Positions 50,877-61,050 of a stretch of 64,000 nucleotides of DNA are shown here, piece by piece. Origin of the DNA: Bryobacterales bacterium (lineage in GTDB: Bacteria; Acidobacteriota; Terriglobia; Bryobacterales; UBA6623); contig OY729428.2 of the NCBI GenBank assembly GCA_963422375.2, forward strand, positions 3,200,001 to 3,264,000, in the 5' to 3' direction. Each line of letters starts with the position of its first letter. Position 1 is the first letter of the stretch. Position numbers and translations under genes: made by a program. The notes beneath the pieces are model-generated. The model was not told the origin of the DNA, searched no databases, and saw only the letters and a program-made list of their open reading frames with translations.

Positions 50877-53006
50877 TCAGCGGTTGCTGGCCACCAAGTC
50901 GGCGGGGTTGTACTTCCGGCGAAATGGGTCGCTAAGCACCACCTGCTTGATTACATCCTGCATCCGGTAGCCGGCGTCCGCCGTGTCCTGCACGATGCGG
51001 TCAAGCACCAGCTCGTCTCGCCAGTCCACTTCCCGGCCCACGGAATACGCCAGTAAGTGGGCTGCGAATGCGCGGACGAAGCGCTCCTTCTCGGCTAGGA
51101 TCGCGTCCTTGAATTCGACAATGTCCGCGAACTCGTGCCTTCCAAACAGAACGCCGCTGGCATCCACGTTGCGCCCGTTGGAGTATGTGTCGCGCCACGC
51201 TCCGGCGGGACCGTAGTTTTCCAGCGCGAAGCCGAGCGGGTCGATCTTGGCGTGGCAGGCAGCGCAGTCCGCTTCCGTGCGATGGGCCTCGAACCGCTCC
51301 CGCAGGGTGGGCGCAGCCCGTCCCCCGGCACCGTCGTCGCGGGCGAGCGGGGAAACGTTGGCCGGAGGCGGATCGGGCGGGTCGTTGAAAACCACGCTGG
51401 CAACCCAGGCGCCGCGTGTAACGGGCTGAGTGCGCGTCGGGTTGGAAGTCATCGTCATGACGGCCGCGTTCGTGATCACGCCGCCCTGGCGACGATCCGT
51501 TATCGGAACACGCCGAAACGGAATGGCCGTAGGCGGCACCTTCTCGGGGCGCGTGCCGTCTCGGTACCAAGACTCCAGCAGCTCGCTGCGATAGCTGAAA
51601 TCGGAGTCCACCAGCTGCAGGATTGAGCGGTTCTCGATGAGGACCGTCTCGAAGAGCAGCAACGGCTCCAGCATCATGTGCATGCTGGCTCGGAACTTGG
51701 CGAAGTAGAATTCCGGATAGATCGCTCTGTCCGGCACCGAGGAAACGATGCGCTCCAGCTGCAGCCACTGCGTCGGAAAACTGTCACAGAACCGCTTCAG
51801 GCGCACGTCCTTCAACATGCGGTCCACTTGCTCTGCCAGCACGTCGGTTTGGCCGAGACGGCCTTCAGAGGCCAGATTGACCAGGGTTCGGTCCGGGATG
51901 CTCCCCCACAAGAAGAACGAGAGACGCGATGCTAGCTCCAGGTCGTCGATCTGCACGGCGTCCGCACTTGGACTGGCACGTTCGTAGAGATACAAGAACC
52001 GCGGTGACGCCAAGGCCGCCGCGATGGCGGCCTTCATGCCATCTGCAAACGAGTCGCCGGACGCGATTCGCTCCATCGCGAAATCGGCGTACCGCACCAG
52101 CAGGGCTTCTTCTACCGGTCGCCGGAAGGCCTTCGTCAGGAAACCGCGCAACGTCTCCGTAACCGTGCCCGGGATGTCCTCCGGCGCCGGTGGAGGAGCG
52201 AAGAGCCGTCCGCAGGCCCGGCATGTCTCTGCGTTGAAGTCCGCGCTCCCGACGATGGACCGGCTCAGCCGCAAGAAGGCCTCCATCAACAGCGGCGAGA
52301 GCGAGAGGTGGTCTCCGCGGTTGTCAAAGCCGTGCTCGGCCCGGAGGTCCTGGGGGAATGGCGCGACGCCAGCCAGTCTCTTGGCGATCAGCTGAGACTT
52401 GCCCAGAGAGCGGCTGCCGGCCTTGAGGCGCTCGGGCATCCTGCCGGTGTCGGGGCGGAAGTAGCCGTACTCCCGCAGCATGCGCTCCGGCAGCGCGAAC
52501 ACGTCGACCTGCAGTTCGAACAGGTCCTGCACTGCGTTGCCGTACTGAAACCGATTCATCCGCCTCATCGGCGTCCGGGCCTGGTCTGGCTGATTCGCGA
52601 TGGCGGCGTGGAGGAGGCTCCGGAGTTCGGCAACGACCTGTCTCTGCTGGACCATAGGCACTGGCGGCAGATCCCCTGGCGGCATGATCCCGGACTCAAG
52701 GACGCTGACCAGATCTCGAATCAGCTCGGGATTCGCTGTCAGGTCGGCGGCACGCCTGATTTGGAAGAGGTCGACATCTCCGCTAGGACCGCCGTTCTGG
52801 CCGTGGCAAACTACGCATCGGGAGCGAAACAGCGCCTGCAGCGTCTCTGTCGTGCCAACCTCGTCGGGAACGTCAGCTTGGAGCATTCCCGTCAGCGCCA
52901 GCCACGAAATACAAGCTATGCGGTATGCGCCCGCTACGGCCCGAGGCTCGGCGCTATTCGCCTTCGGAGCCCCATCAAGTCCCAAGGCCGACAGAAACTT
53001 CCTCAT
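50877..53006 (-). CDS. DUF1592/DUF1588/DUF1585/DUF1587/DUF1595 multi-domain cytochrome c-type protein
   Basis: CVVCH, RRMNRFQY.N.V.DL, HGFDN, AFRRP, ELASRLSFFLW.SIPD, QWLQL, PVTRGAWV and CAACHAKIDPLGFALENY. The start is uncertain. Confidence 0.9.
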   Translation of the reverse strand: MRKFLSALGLDGAPKANSAEPRAVAGAYRIACISWLALTGMLQADVPDEVGTTETLQALFRSRCVVCHGQNGGPSGDVDLFQIRRAADLTANPELIRDLVSVLESGIMPPGDLPPVPMVQQRQVVAELRSLLHAAIANQPDQARTPMRRMNRFQYGNAVQDLFELQVDVFALPERMLREYGYFRPDTGRMPERLKAGSRSLGKSQLIAKRLAGVAPFPQDLRAEHGFDNRGDHLSLSPLLMEAFLRLSRSIVGSADFNAETCRACGRLFAPPPAPEDIPGTVTETLRGFLTKAFRRPVEEALLVRYADFAMERIASGDSFADGMKAAIAAALASPRFLYLYERASPSADAVQIDDLELASRLSFFLWGSIPDRTLVNLASEGRLGQTDVLAEQVDRMLKDVRLKRFCDSFPTQWLQLERIVSSVPDRAIYPEFYFAKFRASMHMMLEPLLLFETVLIENRSILQLVDSDFSYRSELLESWYRDGTRPEKVPPTAIPFRRVPITDRRQGGVITNAAVMTMTSNPTRTQPVTRGAWVASVVFNDPPDPPPANVSPLARDDGAGGRAAPTLRERFEAHRTEADCAACHAKIDPLGFALENYGPAGAWRDTYSNGRNVDASGVLFGRHEFADIVEFKDAILAEKERFVRAFAAHLLAYSVGREVDWRDELVLDRIVQDTADAGYRMQDVIKQVVLSDPFRRKYNPADLVASNR

Positions 53007-53255
53007 GCAAGCAGGTCGGAGGCCGAGCCCGCATCGACAGGCGGCCCGCGAAAACCCTGTGGATTGTACCAACAGGTCCAAGTGGCGTCAGGACACAAGC
53101 CAAGCGGGTATCCGTTGGGGCCCGTGCAAGGCTCTCCGATTCCGATTAGGAGACCACTCCGCGCGTCCATGCCATCGAATCTACATCTTGTGGTGCTCTG
53201 ATCGACAAGCCTACATGCAGGATTAGGGGCCTAGAGTCAGTCTTGGCGTTCTAGG

Positions 53256-53261
53256 TATAAT
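53256..53261 (+). promoter_or_regulatory. Consensus -10 hexamer upstream of the PSD1 gene
   Basis: Perfect TATAAT 18 nt before the GTG start at 53280, in a GC-rich context. Confidence 0.5.
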
Positions 53262-53279
53262 GGCATCCGGAAGGTCGAA

Positions 53280-56200
53280 GTGCGTCGCTCGCTGATTGTG
53301 CTCGTTGTCCCGTCCCTGCTGAGCGCAGCCGACAGCATCGATTTCGTCGCCGAGGTCGAACCGATCTTTAAGGCGCGATGCTACTCGTGTCACGGCCAGG
53401 AGCAGCAGCTCGGTCAGCTGCGCCTGGATTCCCGCACCGTGGCCATGGGCAACGGACCGAGCGGCCCGCGCATCGTCGCTCGCGACCCCGACTCGAGCAG
53501 CCTCTACCAGCGCGTGGCAGGCATCGGCAACGGAGTCCGGATGCCGATGGGCGGCAGGCTCTCCGACAGGGAGATCGGGTCCATCCGAGCTTGGATCGAG
53601 CAGGGCGCGGCTTGGCCCGAAGGCAGCGGATCCGCTGAGGGACTGAGCCAGCACTGGGCATTCGCGCCTCCGACAAGGCCGGCCCTGCCCGCAACCAAGA
53701 GCGCTTGGGGGGGCAACGCGATCGACGGCTTCGTGCTCGCGAAGCTCGAGGCCGAGGGCCTCGCACCCTCAGAGCGGGCCTCGAAGACCACGTTGCTCCG
53801 GCGACTCAGCCTCGACTTGACCGGGCTTCCGCCTACCCCCGAAGAGACGGGGCAGTTTCTAGCCGACATCGGCCCGGGGGCCTACGGCCGGGTGGTCGAG
53901 AGGCTGCTCGCGTCCCCTCGCTACGGCGAGCGTTGGGGCCGGGTCTGGCTGGACGCAGCCCGCTACGCCGACTCCGACGGCTTCGAGAAGGACAAGCCGC
54001 GCCAAGTCTGGTTCTACCGAGACTGGGTCGTGAACGCGCTCAACGCGGACATGCCTTACGACCGTTTCGTGCTGGAGCAGGTCGCGGGCGATTTGATTCC
54101 CGGAGCGACACAGGAGAACCGCGTCGCAACCGGATTCCTGCGCAACTCGATGATCAATGCCGAGGGCGGCGCGAATCCCGAGCAGTTCCGCATGGAAGCA
54201 ATGTTCGACCGGATGGACGCCGTCGGCAAGGCCGTGCTCGGCTTGACCGTCCAGTGCGCGCAGTGCCACGACCACAAGTACGATCCGATCTCCCAGCGCG
54301 ATTACTACAGGCTGTTCGCCTTCATCAACAATTCTCACGAGTCCACCGAAGCTGTCTACACTCCGGCCGAGGACCAGCTGAAGGCCGAGATCTACGCTGG
54401 CATCCGTGAGATCGAGGACGACTTGAGGCGCCGCAGTCCCGACTGGCGGGAGCGGATGGCGCGCTGGGAGCGCGAAGAGGCATCCGTCACGCCCGCGTGG
54501 ACCGTGCTCGACACGCGCATCGAGCTAGGCAGCGGCGAGAAGTACATCGTGCTCCCGGACAAGTCGATTCTGGCCGAGGGCTATGCACCGACGCGGAGCG
54601 TCGTCAGTCCCGAGGGACGAGTCGAAGCGGGCACGGTCGCGGCGTTCCGGCTCGAGCTCCTCACCGATCCGCGCCTCCCGCTGGGCGGGCCGGGCAGGTC
54701 GTTCCGCGGCACGGCCGCCCTCACCGAGTTCGAGGTCGAAGCCGCCCCCGCGAGCGAACCCGAGTCATGGAGCAAGCTGGCACTGGCCAGCGCAACCGCC
54801 GATATCGCCCGACCGATCTCGTGGCTCGACCCGTTCCTGTTCCCGGACCAAGACAACAAGCGCAGGGTCTTGGGGGACGTTGGCTTCGCCGTCGACGGCT
54901 TCGAAATGAGCGCTTGGCTCATCGACGGCGGCCCGGGCCGACGCAACGTTCCGCGCAAGGCGGTCTTCCGGCTGAAGGAGCCTCTCGAGGCCGACGAGCC
55001 GCATCTGCTGAGGTTCAACCTGTCGATGAAGCACGGCGGCTGGAACTCGGACGACAACCAGTCGCTCAACCTCGGGCGGTACCGCCTGTCCTACACGTCC
55101 GAGGACGACGCCTCCGCCGATCCCCTGCCCGCGCACGTGCGGCACATCGTCGACAACGTGCCTCCGGAGCGGCGCAGGCCGGATCAGCAGGCCGCCGTGT
55201 TCTCCCACTGGCGGACAACGGTGCCCGGCTGGGAGGAGGCCAACCGCCGCATCGAGGAGCTCTGGCAGCGGCATCCCGAAGGCGCGTCGCAGCTGGTGAT
55301 GAACGAAATGGGCCGGTCGCGGACAACAAGCATCCTTCAGCGGGGGGACTTCCTGCGACCGACCGAGCGGGTGGAGCAGGGCGTGCCCGGTTTCCTGCAC
55401 GCGATGCCACCGACGGGCGACACGCCAGGCCGGCTGGCCTTCGCCGAGTGGCTGGTCGATCGCAACGCTCCCACCACGGCACGGTCAATCGTGAACAGGC
55501 TGTGGCAGGGCCATTTCGGAACAGGGATCGTGGAGACGTCGGAGGATCTGGGACGGCAGGCAGCCGACCCGTCGCATCCCGCACTGCTCGACTGGCTGGC
55601 CGTGGAGCTGATGGACAACGGCTGGAGCCTCAAGCACATCCACGGTCTGATCGCCAAGTCCGAAACCTATCGGCAGTCGTCACGGGTTACGCCGGAACTG
55701 CTCGAGCGCGACCCAGCCAACCGGCTGCTGGCGCGCGGCTCGCGCTTCCGCGTGGACGGCGAGCTCGTGCGCGACATCGCCCTCGCGACCAGCGGCCTCC
55801 TGAGCGGGCAGGTCGGCGGGCCCCCGGTCTACCCACCCGCGCCGGAGTTCCTTTTCCTGCCACCGATCAGCTACGGCCCGAAGCGCTGGTACGTCGAAGA
55901 CGGAGAGCAGCGGTACCGTCGCTCGCTGTACGCCTTCCGCTACAGGTCCGTCCCGTATCCCGTGCTGAAGGCATTCGACACGCCGGACGGAAACTTCTCG
56001 TGCACGAAGAGGGATCGCTCGAACACGCCCCTGCAGGCATTGGTCACGCTGAACGAGACCGCATTCATGGAGGCCGCGAGGGAGCTAGGCCAGCGCACCC
56101 TGGCCGACGGCGGAACCAGCGACACGGAACGGATCGACTACGCCTTTCGGCGGGTGCTCACCCGCTCCCCTGTGTCGGCCGAGCGCGACGAACTGCTGGC

Positions 56201-56375
56201 GTTCCTGGAGGGGCAGCGGGAGCGGCTTGAATCGGGCGATCTCGACGCGACCGAGCTGGCCGGGAACGAGCCTCTGGTCGCGAGCGCCGCAGGGGTGCCG
56301 CAGCGGGAGGTGGCTGCCTGGACCGCCGTGTCCAGAGTGCTGCTGAACCTGGACGAGACCATCACTAGGGAGTGA
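53280..56375 (+). CDS. Planctomycete cytochrome c + PSD1 (DUF1549/DUF1553) protein
   Basis: IF...CYSCHG, RMP, WIEQGA.W, HWAF, LLRRLSLDLTGLPP, YGERWGR.WLD.ARYADS.G, CAQCHDHKYDPI, NRLWQ.HFG.G, PSHP.LLD.LA and NTPLQAL..LN. Confidence 0.92.
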   Translation: MRRSLIVLVVPSLLSAADSIDFVAEVEPIFKARCYSCHGQEQQLGQLRLDSRTVAMGNGPSGPRIVARDPDSSSLYQRVAGIGNGVRMPMGGRLSDREIGSIRAWIEQGAAWPEGSGSAEGLSQHWAFAPPTRPALPATKSAWGGNAIDGFVLAKLEAEGLAPSERASKTTLLRRLSLDLTGLPPTPEETGQFLADIGPGAYGRVVERLLASPRYGERWGRVWLDAARYADSDGFEKDKPRQVWFYRDWVVNALNADMPYDRFVLEQVAGDLIPGATQENRVATGFLRNSMINAEGGANPEQFRMEAMFDRMDAVGKAVLGLTVQCAQCHDHKYDPISQRDYYRLFAFINNSHESTEAVYTPAEDQLKAEIYAGIREIEDDLRRRSPDWRERMARWEREEASVTPAWTVLDTRIELGSGEKYIVLPDKSILAEGYAPTRSVVSPEGRVEAGTVAAFRLELLTDPRLPLGGPGRSFRGTAALTEFEVEAAPASEPESWSKLALASATADIARPISWLDPFLFPDQDNKRRVLGDVGFAVDGFEMSAWLIDGGPGRRNVPRKAVFRLKEPLEADEPHLLRFNLSMKHGGWNSDDNQSLNLGRYRLSYTSEDDASADPLPAHVRHIVDNVPPERRRPDQQAAVFSHWRTTVPGWEEANRRIEELWQRHPEGASQLVMNEMGRSRTTSILQRGDFLRPTERVEQGVPGFLHAMPPTGDTPGRLAFAEWLVDRNAPTTARSIVNRLWQGHFGTGIVETSEDLGRQAADPSHPALLDWLAVELMDNGWSLKHIHGLIAKSETYRQSSRVTPELLERDPANRLLARGSRFRVDGELVRDIALATSGLLSGQVGGPPVYPPAPEFLFLPPISYGPKRWYVEDGEQRYRRSLYAFRYRSVPYPVLKAFDTPDGNFSCTKRDRSNTPLQALVTLNETAFMEAARELGQRTLADGGTSDTERIDYAFRRVLTRSPVSAERDELLAFLEGQRERLESGDLDATELAGNEPLVASAAGVPQREVAAWTAVSRVLLNLDETITRE

Positions 56376-56378
56376 CCG

Positions 56379-57776
56379 ATGCAAGGACCGCAGCCCCCCG
56401 CCAACCCATTCGCCCGCCGCTGGTTCCTCCAGCAGTGCGGGGTCGGTCTCGGGGCCATCGCACTCCGGAGCATGCTGCACGGGTCGGATCCGCTGGCTCC
56501 GAAGACGCCGCACCACGCCCCGAAAGCCAAGAACGTCGTCTTCCTCTTCATGGGCGGAGGCCCGAGCCACCTCGAGCTGTTCGACCACAAGCCCGAACTC
56601 GGCAAGCACGAGGGGACGCTTCCGCCCGCGAGCCTGCTCGAGGGCTACCGAGCCGCGTTCATCGACCCGAATTCGACCCTGCTCGGTCCGAAGTTCAAGT
56701 TCTCGAGACATGGCGAGAGCGGAGCCGAACTGTCCGAACTCATCCCGCACACGGCCTCGATGGCCGACGACATCGCCATAGTCAAGTCGCTCGTCACCGA
56801 CGCGTTCAACCACGCGCCCGCGCAGGTCATGATGAGCACCGGCTCCCAGCAGTTCGGACGGCCGTCCCTCGGCGCCTGGACGCTCTACGGTCTCGGGAGC
56901 GAGTCGCGCGACCTGCCCGGCTTCGTCGTGTTCAGCTCCGGCCAGAAAGGCCCGAGCGGCGGGAACTCGAACTGGGGCAGCGGCTTCCTGCCGTCCATGT
57001 ACCAAGGCGTCCAGTTCCGCACCAGCGGGGATCCCGTCCTGTACCTGTCGAACCCTGCGGGCGTGGACCGCAAGCTGCAGCGCGACTCGCTCGACTCCAT
57101 CCGCCGGCTGAACAGCATGCGCCTAGATGCCGTGGGCGACCCGGAAATCGCAACCCGCATCAACTCGTTCGAGATGGCCTATCGGATGCAGCAGAGCACG
57201 CCGGAGCTGATGGACCTCTCGCAGGAGCCGCCGGACGTCCTCGAAATGTACGGCGCGGAGCCGGGCAAGCCGTCCTTCGCCAACAACTGCATCCTCGCGC
57301 GACGCCTCGTGGAGCGCGGCGTGCGATTCGTCGAGCTGTTCCACGAGTCGTGGGACCAGCACGGCAGCCTGATCTCCGGCCTGACCAAGAACTGCAAGGA
57401 CACCGACCAGGCAAGCGCGGCCTTGGTGAAGGACCTGAAGCAACGCGGCCTGCTCGACGAGACCCTCGTCCTGTGGGGTGGCGAGTTCGGTCGCACGCCG
57501 ATGGTGCAGGGCGGCACCGACGACGGCCGGGACCATCATCCCAACGCGTTCACCATGTGGCTGGCGGGGGGCGGGATCAAGCCCGGCATCACGATCGGCA
57601 AGAGCGACGAGCTCGGCTTCAATGTGGTCGAGGACCGCGTTCACGTGCATGACCTGCATGCGACGATGCTGCACCTGCTCGGATTCGACCACACCAAGCT
57701 GACGTACCGCTTCCAAGGGCGCGACTTCCGCCTCACCGACGTGGCGGGCTCGGTGGTCGACAAGATTCTCGCGTAG
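56379..57776 (+). CDS. DUF1501 family protein (alkaline-phosphatase/sulfatase-like) with Tat-like signal
   Basis: [62 protein letters not shown] and HVHDLHAT.L. Confidence 0.93.
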   Translation: MQGPQPPANPFARRWFLQQCGVGLGAIALRSMLHGSDPLAPKTPHHAPKAKNVVFLFMGGGPSHLELFDHKPELGKHEGTLPPASLLEGYRAAFIDPNSTLLGPKFKFSRHGESGAELSELIPHTASMADDIAIVKSLVTDAFNHAPAQVMMSTGSQQFGRPSLGAWTLYGLGSESRDLPGFVVFSSGQKGPSGGNSNWGSGFLPSMYQGVQFRTSGDPVLYLSNPAGVDRKLQRDSLDSIRRLNSMRLDAVGDPEIATRINSFEMAYRMQQSTPELMDLSQEPPDVLEMYGAEPGKPSFANNCILARRLVERGVRFVELFHESWDQHGSLISGLTKNCKDTDQASAALVKDLKQRGLLDETLVLWGGEFGRTPMVQGGTDDGRDHHPNAFTMWLAGGGIKPGITIGKSDELGFNVVEDRVHVHDLHATMLHLLGFDHTKLTYRFQGRDFRLTDVAGSVVDKILA

Positions 57777-57847
57777 ACCGCGACAGAGCACGGGACCGGT
57801 TGCCGACAGTCCGAACGGGGCGAGAATAGAGGGATAGAGGCAATCGC

Positions 57848-58060
57848 ATGGACAAGGGCCTGACCCGCAGCTACGCCCGCGAGAACGACGTGCTGTACCT
57901 AGCGCAAGGGTCGCCGCGCCCGGCCATTTCGGAGGAACGGGGCGAGGGCGTGCTGGTCGGAAGGGATCCCCATTCCGGCGAGATTGTCGGCTGGACGGTT
58001 ATCGACTTCGACCGGAGGTTCCGAGGAGGCCGTTCGAGTCTCGCGCTGCCTCGGCGGTAG
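57848..58060 (+). CDS. DUF2283-like small protein
   Basis: Y..ENDVLYL......AISEE.GEGVLV..D..SGEIVG.TVIDF pattern; purine-rich RBS upstream. Confidence 0.7.
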   Translation: MDKGLTRSYARENDVLYLAQGSPRPAISEERGEGVLVGRDPHSGEIVGWTVIDFDRRFRGGRSSLALPRR

Positions 58061-58130
58061 GGGGGCCGACCTCCGCACTTGGTCCGAGGGACCCGGGGCA
58101 CCGCTCCCGGCCCCCGGCAATCCGCGGGAT

Positions 58131-59699
58131 CTAGTACGTCCGCGGAGCGTCCGACGGGACGGGCGAGCGCACCGCTAACTCGGGCGGCGGAACGATCCCC
58201 GCCACAGCCATCGCTTCGCGAATCGCGGCCTCCGCCTTGGGGTGGGGCCGCACGCGACGTGCCCCTTGGTAGCCCGCGGCCAGCGCTAGAGGCGTCGAGC
58301 CGTGGACGTTCTCACGGTTCCAGACTTCGACGCTCGCGCCTCTGGATGCTAGGAACTTAATCGGCTCGGGCCGGTCGCGATACGCAGCCGAATGCATCGC
58401 CGTCTCTCCGTTGTCGTCCAATGCGTCGATGTCGATGCCTAGGTCCAGCAGCATCTCCATGGCGCGCAGCACATCGCGGCCGGTGCCTGCGCGCGCGCCC
58501 GCCAACATCAGCGCGTTGCGTTTCAGATTGTCCGTGAGCAGGGGGTCGGCCCCCAGTTCGACCAGCGTCCGCATCAATTCCACGTCCGCGGTCTGGGCGG
58601 CCGACAGGAACGGAGTCGGACCGAGCACTCGAACGCCCAGATTGATCAGGCCCGGACCCGTCATTCTTGCATTCAGGTTCGCGCCGCGCGCCGCGATCTC
58701 GCGGACAAACTCGAGGCTCGTCATGCTGCCGGTGGTGTCGGGAGGGGGGTTGGCGTCGCCGGGAGGCACTCGACGGGCTCCCGGCACCGCGTGCAGCGCC
58801 GTGTACCCGCCTGGATCGGCGGCGTTAGGATCAGCGCCTGCCGCCAGGAGTTCGGCCGCCAACTCGTAGTTGCCGTTCTCGACGGCCACATGGAGAGCCG
58901 TCGCCCCGGGCCGGAGTTTCGCGCCGAAGCCAAGATGGCGCCACTCGGGAGAGGGCGCGATGCGTTGGTTGACATCCGCGCCCGCTGCAATCAGGACCCT
59001 AGCGGCATCGAGGTGGCCCGCCCGGGCTGCCAGCAGCAGCGGCGTGAACCCCGACTCGAGCCTTGCGTGGAAATCGGCGCCGAACTCGATCAGTTCCTTC
59101 ATGACCTCGGCATGCCCTTCGGCGACCGCCCAGATCAGGGCCGTCTGGTCGGAATTGGGCCGGAAGTCGAAGACCGACGGATCCCTCATGCGGCGCAAGA
59201 AGGCGTTGGCGCCCGCGCCGTCCTGCCGTCCCATGCCGCGAACCGTGGCGCGGGGGGAGGCCCCTCCTCGCAGCAAGGCCTTGACAGGCCCCAGCCTGCC
59301 GGTCCGAGCAGCAGTCATGAGCGCAGTCTCGCCGCCCGGCAGGGTCGTGTTCGGATTCGCTCCCGCTTCAAGCAGCAGCTCCACCATGGCGGTGCTGCCG
59401 TTCGTGCAGGCCAGCGACAGCGGCCTCACCCCGTAGCGGTTGGACGAGTCGGGCCGCGCGCCGGCCGCGACCAGCAGCCTAGCGACTTCGAGCTCGTCGT
59501 GCCGGGCGGCCCAATGCAGGGCGGTCGTGCCGTCCTCCTGGGATCGGTTGGCATCCGTCGCCCGTCCAAGCATGGAGCGCACGAGAGGCCAGTCGGCCGC
59601 CTCGGCCGCATCCGCAAGCTGCGGCCCCGAGACACCGGCCAGGCCCGGCAAAGCCAGCAGCAGGGCCGCCGCCGTCACGCAGATGATCGATGCGCGCAC
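58131..59699 (-). CDS. Exported ankyrin-repeat protein
   Basis: About ten ankyrin units (DGTTALHWAA, GETALMTAA, GFTPLLLAA, GATALHVAV, GETAMHSAA) and a signal peptide. The start is GTG ~59699 or ATG 59738. Confidence 0.92.
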   Translation of the reverse strand: MRASIICVTAAALLLALPGLAGVSGPQLADAAEAADWPLVRSMLGRATDANRSQEDGTTALHWAARHDELEVARLLVAAGARPDSSNRYGVRPLSLACTNGSTAMVELLLEAGANPNTTLPGGETALMTAARTGRLGPVKALLRGGASPRATVRGMGRQDGAGANAFLRRMRDPSVFDFRPNSDQTALIWAVAEGHAEVMKELIEFGADFHARLESGFTPLLLAARAGHLDAARVLIAAGADVNQRIAPSPEWRHLGFGAKLRPGATALHVAVENGNYELAAELLAAGADPNAADPGGYTALHAVPGARRVPPGDANPPPDTTGSMTSLEFVREIAARGANLNARMTGPGLINLGVRVLGPTPFLSAAQTADVELMRTLVELGADPLLTDNLKRNALMLAGARAGTGRDVLRAMEMLLDLGIDIDALDDNGETAMHSAAYRDRPEPIKFLASRGASVEVWNRENVHGSTPLALAAGYQGARRVRPHPKAEAAIREAMAVAGIVPPPELAVRSPVPSDAPRTY

Positions 59700-59718
59700 G
59701 GTTCGATTCTGCCGTCCC

Positions 59719-61050
59719 TCAGATCGACAGCAGCTCATCTACCCTGCCTCGGCTGTCCGCAAACGATTCCATGCGCACGCCAGCCTTCTCGAGCAGGGTC
59801 AGGTGGAGGTTCGCCAGAGGAGTCCCTTCCCCGTAGCGGACGTGGCGGCCGCCCTTCAGCTTGCCGGCACCGCCACCGGCAACCAGAATCGGCAAGTTGA
59901 CGTGATCATGCTTGTTCGGATCCCCCATGCCGCTGCCGTACAGGTACATGCAGTGGTCGAGCAGGGTGCCCTCGCCGTCCGGCGTGGCCTTCAGGCGGCC
60001 CAGCAGGTAGGCGACCAGCGTGACGTGATACTCGTTGATCTTGGCCATCTTGTCGATCATGCTCTGATCGTTGCCGTGGTGGGTCAGCGGGTGATGCGGA
60101 TCGGAGACACCGATCTCGGGATAGGTCCTAGTGCTGCCTTCGCGCGCCAGCTGGAAGGTGATCACCCTGGTCAGGTCCGCCTGGAGCGCGAGCACCTGCA
60201 GGTCGAACATCAGCTTCGCGTGATCGGCATAGGCAGGAGGGACTCCCACCGGCCGCTCCATGTCCGGAGTCGGCGTCGAGTCCACGCTCTCCTCCGCGAT
60301 CCGGATCCGGCGCTCGACTTCCCGCACGCTCTCGAGATACTGGTTCACCTTCGTACGGTCGTCCGCGCCCAGCTCGCGCTGCAGGCGCGAGATGTCGGTC
60401 CTGACGCGATCGAGCATGCTGGCCTTCTTCCTGAGCGTCCGGCTGCGCTCTTCCGGGCTGCCCTCGCCGAACAGCCGTCCGAAGACCTTGCGCGGGTGCG
60501 CCTCGTAGGGCAGCGGAGTGGTCGGCGAGGACCAGGAGAGGTTGTTCTGGTAGACGCAGGCGAAGCCGTCGTCGCACTGCCCGACGACGTCGAGAATGTC
60601 CATGCCGAGCTCGAGCGACGGCAGGGGCGTTTCCTGGCCGATCTCCCGGGCAGCGATCTGGTCGACGGTGGTGCCTAGGTAGTAGTCACTGCTCTCGGTC
60701 AGTCTGGCCTTGGCGCAGCTGAGAAAGGCGGAGTTGGAGGTCGCGTGCGTGCCGGGATAGGCATTCTTCAACTCCATGTTGGTCAGGACCGTGACCTGGT
60801 CCTTGTGAGGCTCGAGCGGGCGCAGGATAGGCGAAAGATCCGCTAGCGAATCGTCGTTCGGGGGCGTCCAGCGAGGCTGATCGGCCCCCATCGGGATGAA
60901 GATGTACCCGAGTCGGCGCACCGGACGCGCCGCTGTCGATGTCGCTGCGGTCAGCGCCGGGACCATCGCGTCCAGCAGCGGCAGCGCTACCGCCGTGCCC
61001 ATGCCGCGCAGCACCGTGCGCCGCGGGAGAGCCTTCTTCGTGACGATCAT
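59719..61050 (-). CDS. DUF1552 (HXXSHH) family protein with Tat-like signal
   Basis: LPRRTVLRG.G..VALPLLDAM, TVDQIAA..IG..TPLPSLEL, HHPLTHH, TLLDH...YGSGMGDPN.H.H and PLANLHLT. Confidence 0.92.
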   Translation of the reverse strand: MIVTKKALPRRTVLRGMGTAVALPLLDAMVPALTAATSTAARPVRRLGYIFIPMGADQPRWTPPNDDSLADLSPILRPLEPHKDQVTVLTNMELKNAYPGTHATSNSAFLSCAKARLTESSDYYLGTTVDQIAAREIGQETPLPSLELGMDILDVVGQCDDGFACVYQNNLSWSSPTTPLPYEAHPRKVFGRLFGEGSPEERSRTLRKKASMLDRVRTDISRLQRELGADDRTKVNQYLESVREVERRIRIAEESVDSTPTPDMERPVGVPPAYADHAKLMFDLQVLALQADLTRVITFQLAREGSTRTYPEIGVSDPHHPLTHHGNDQSMIDKMAKINEYHVTLVAYLLGRLKATPDGEGTLLDHCMYLYGSGMGDPNKHDHVNLPILVAGGGAGKLKGGRHVRYGEGTPLANLHLTLLEKAGVRMESFADSRGRVDELLSI

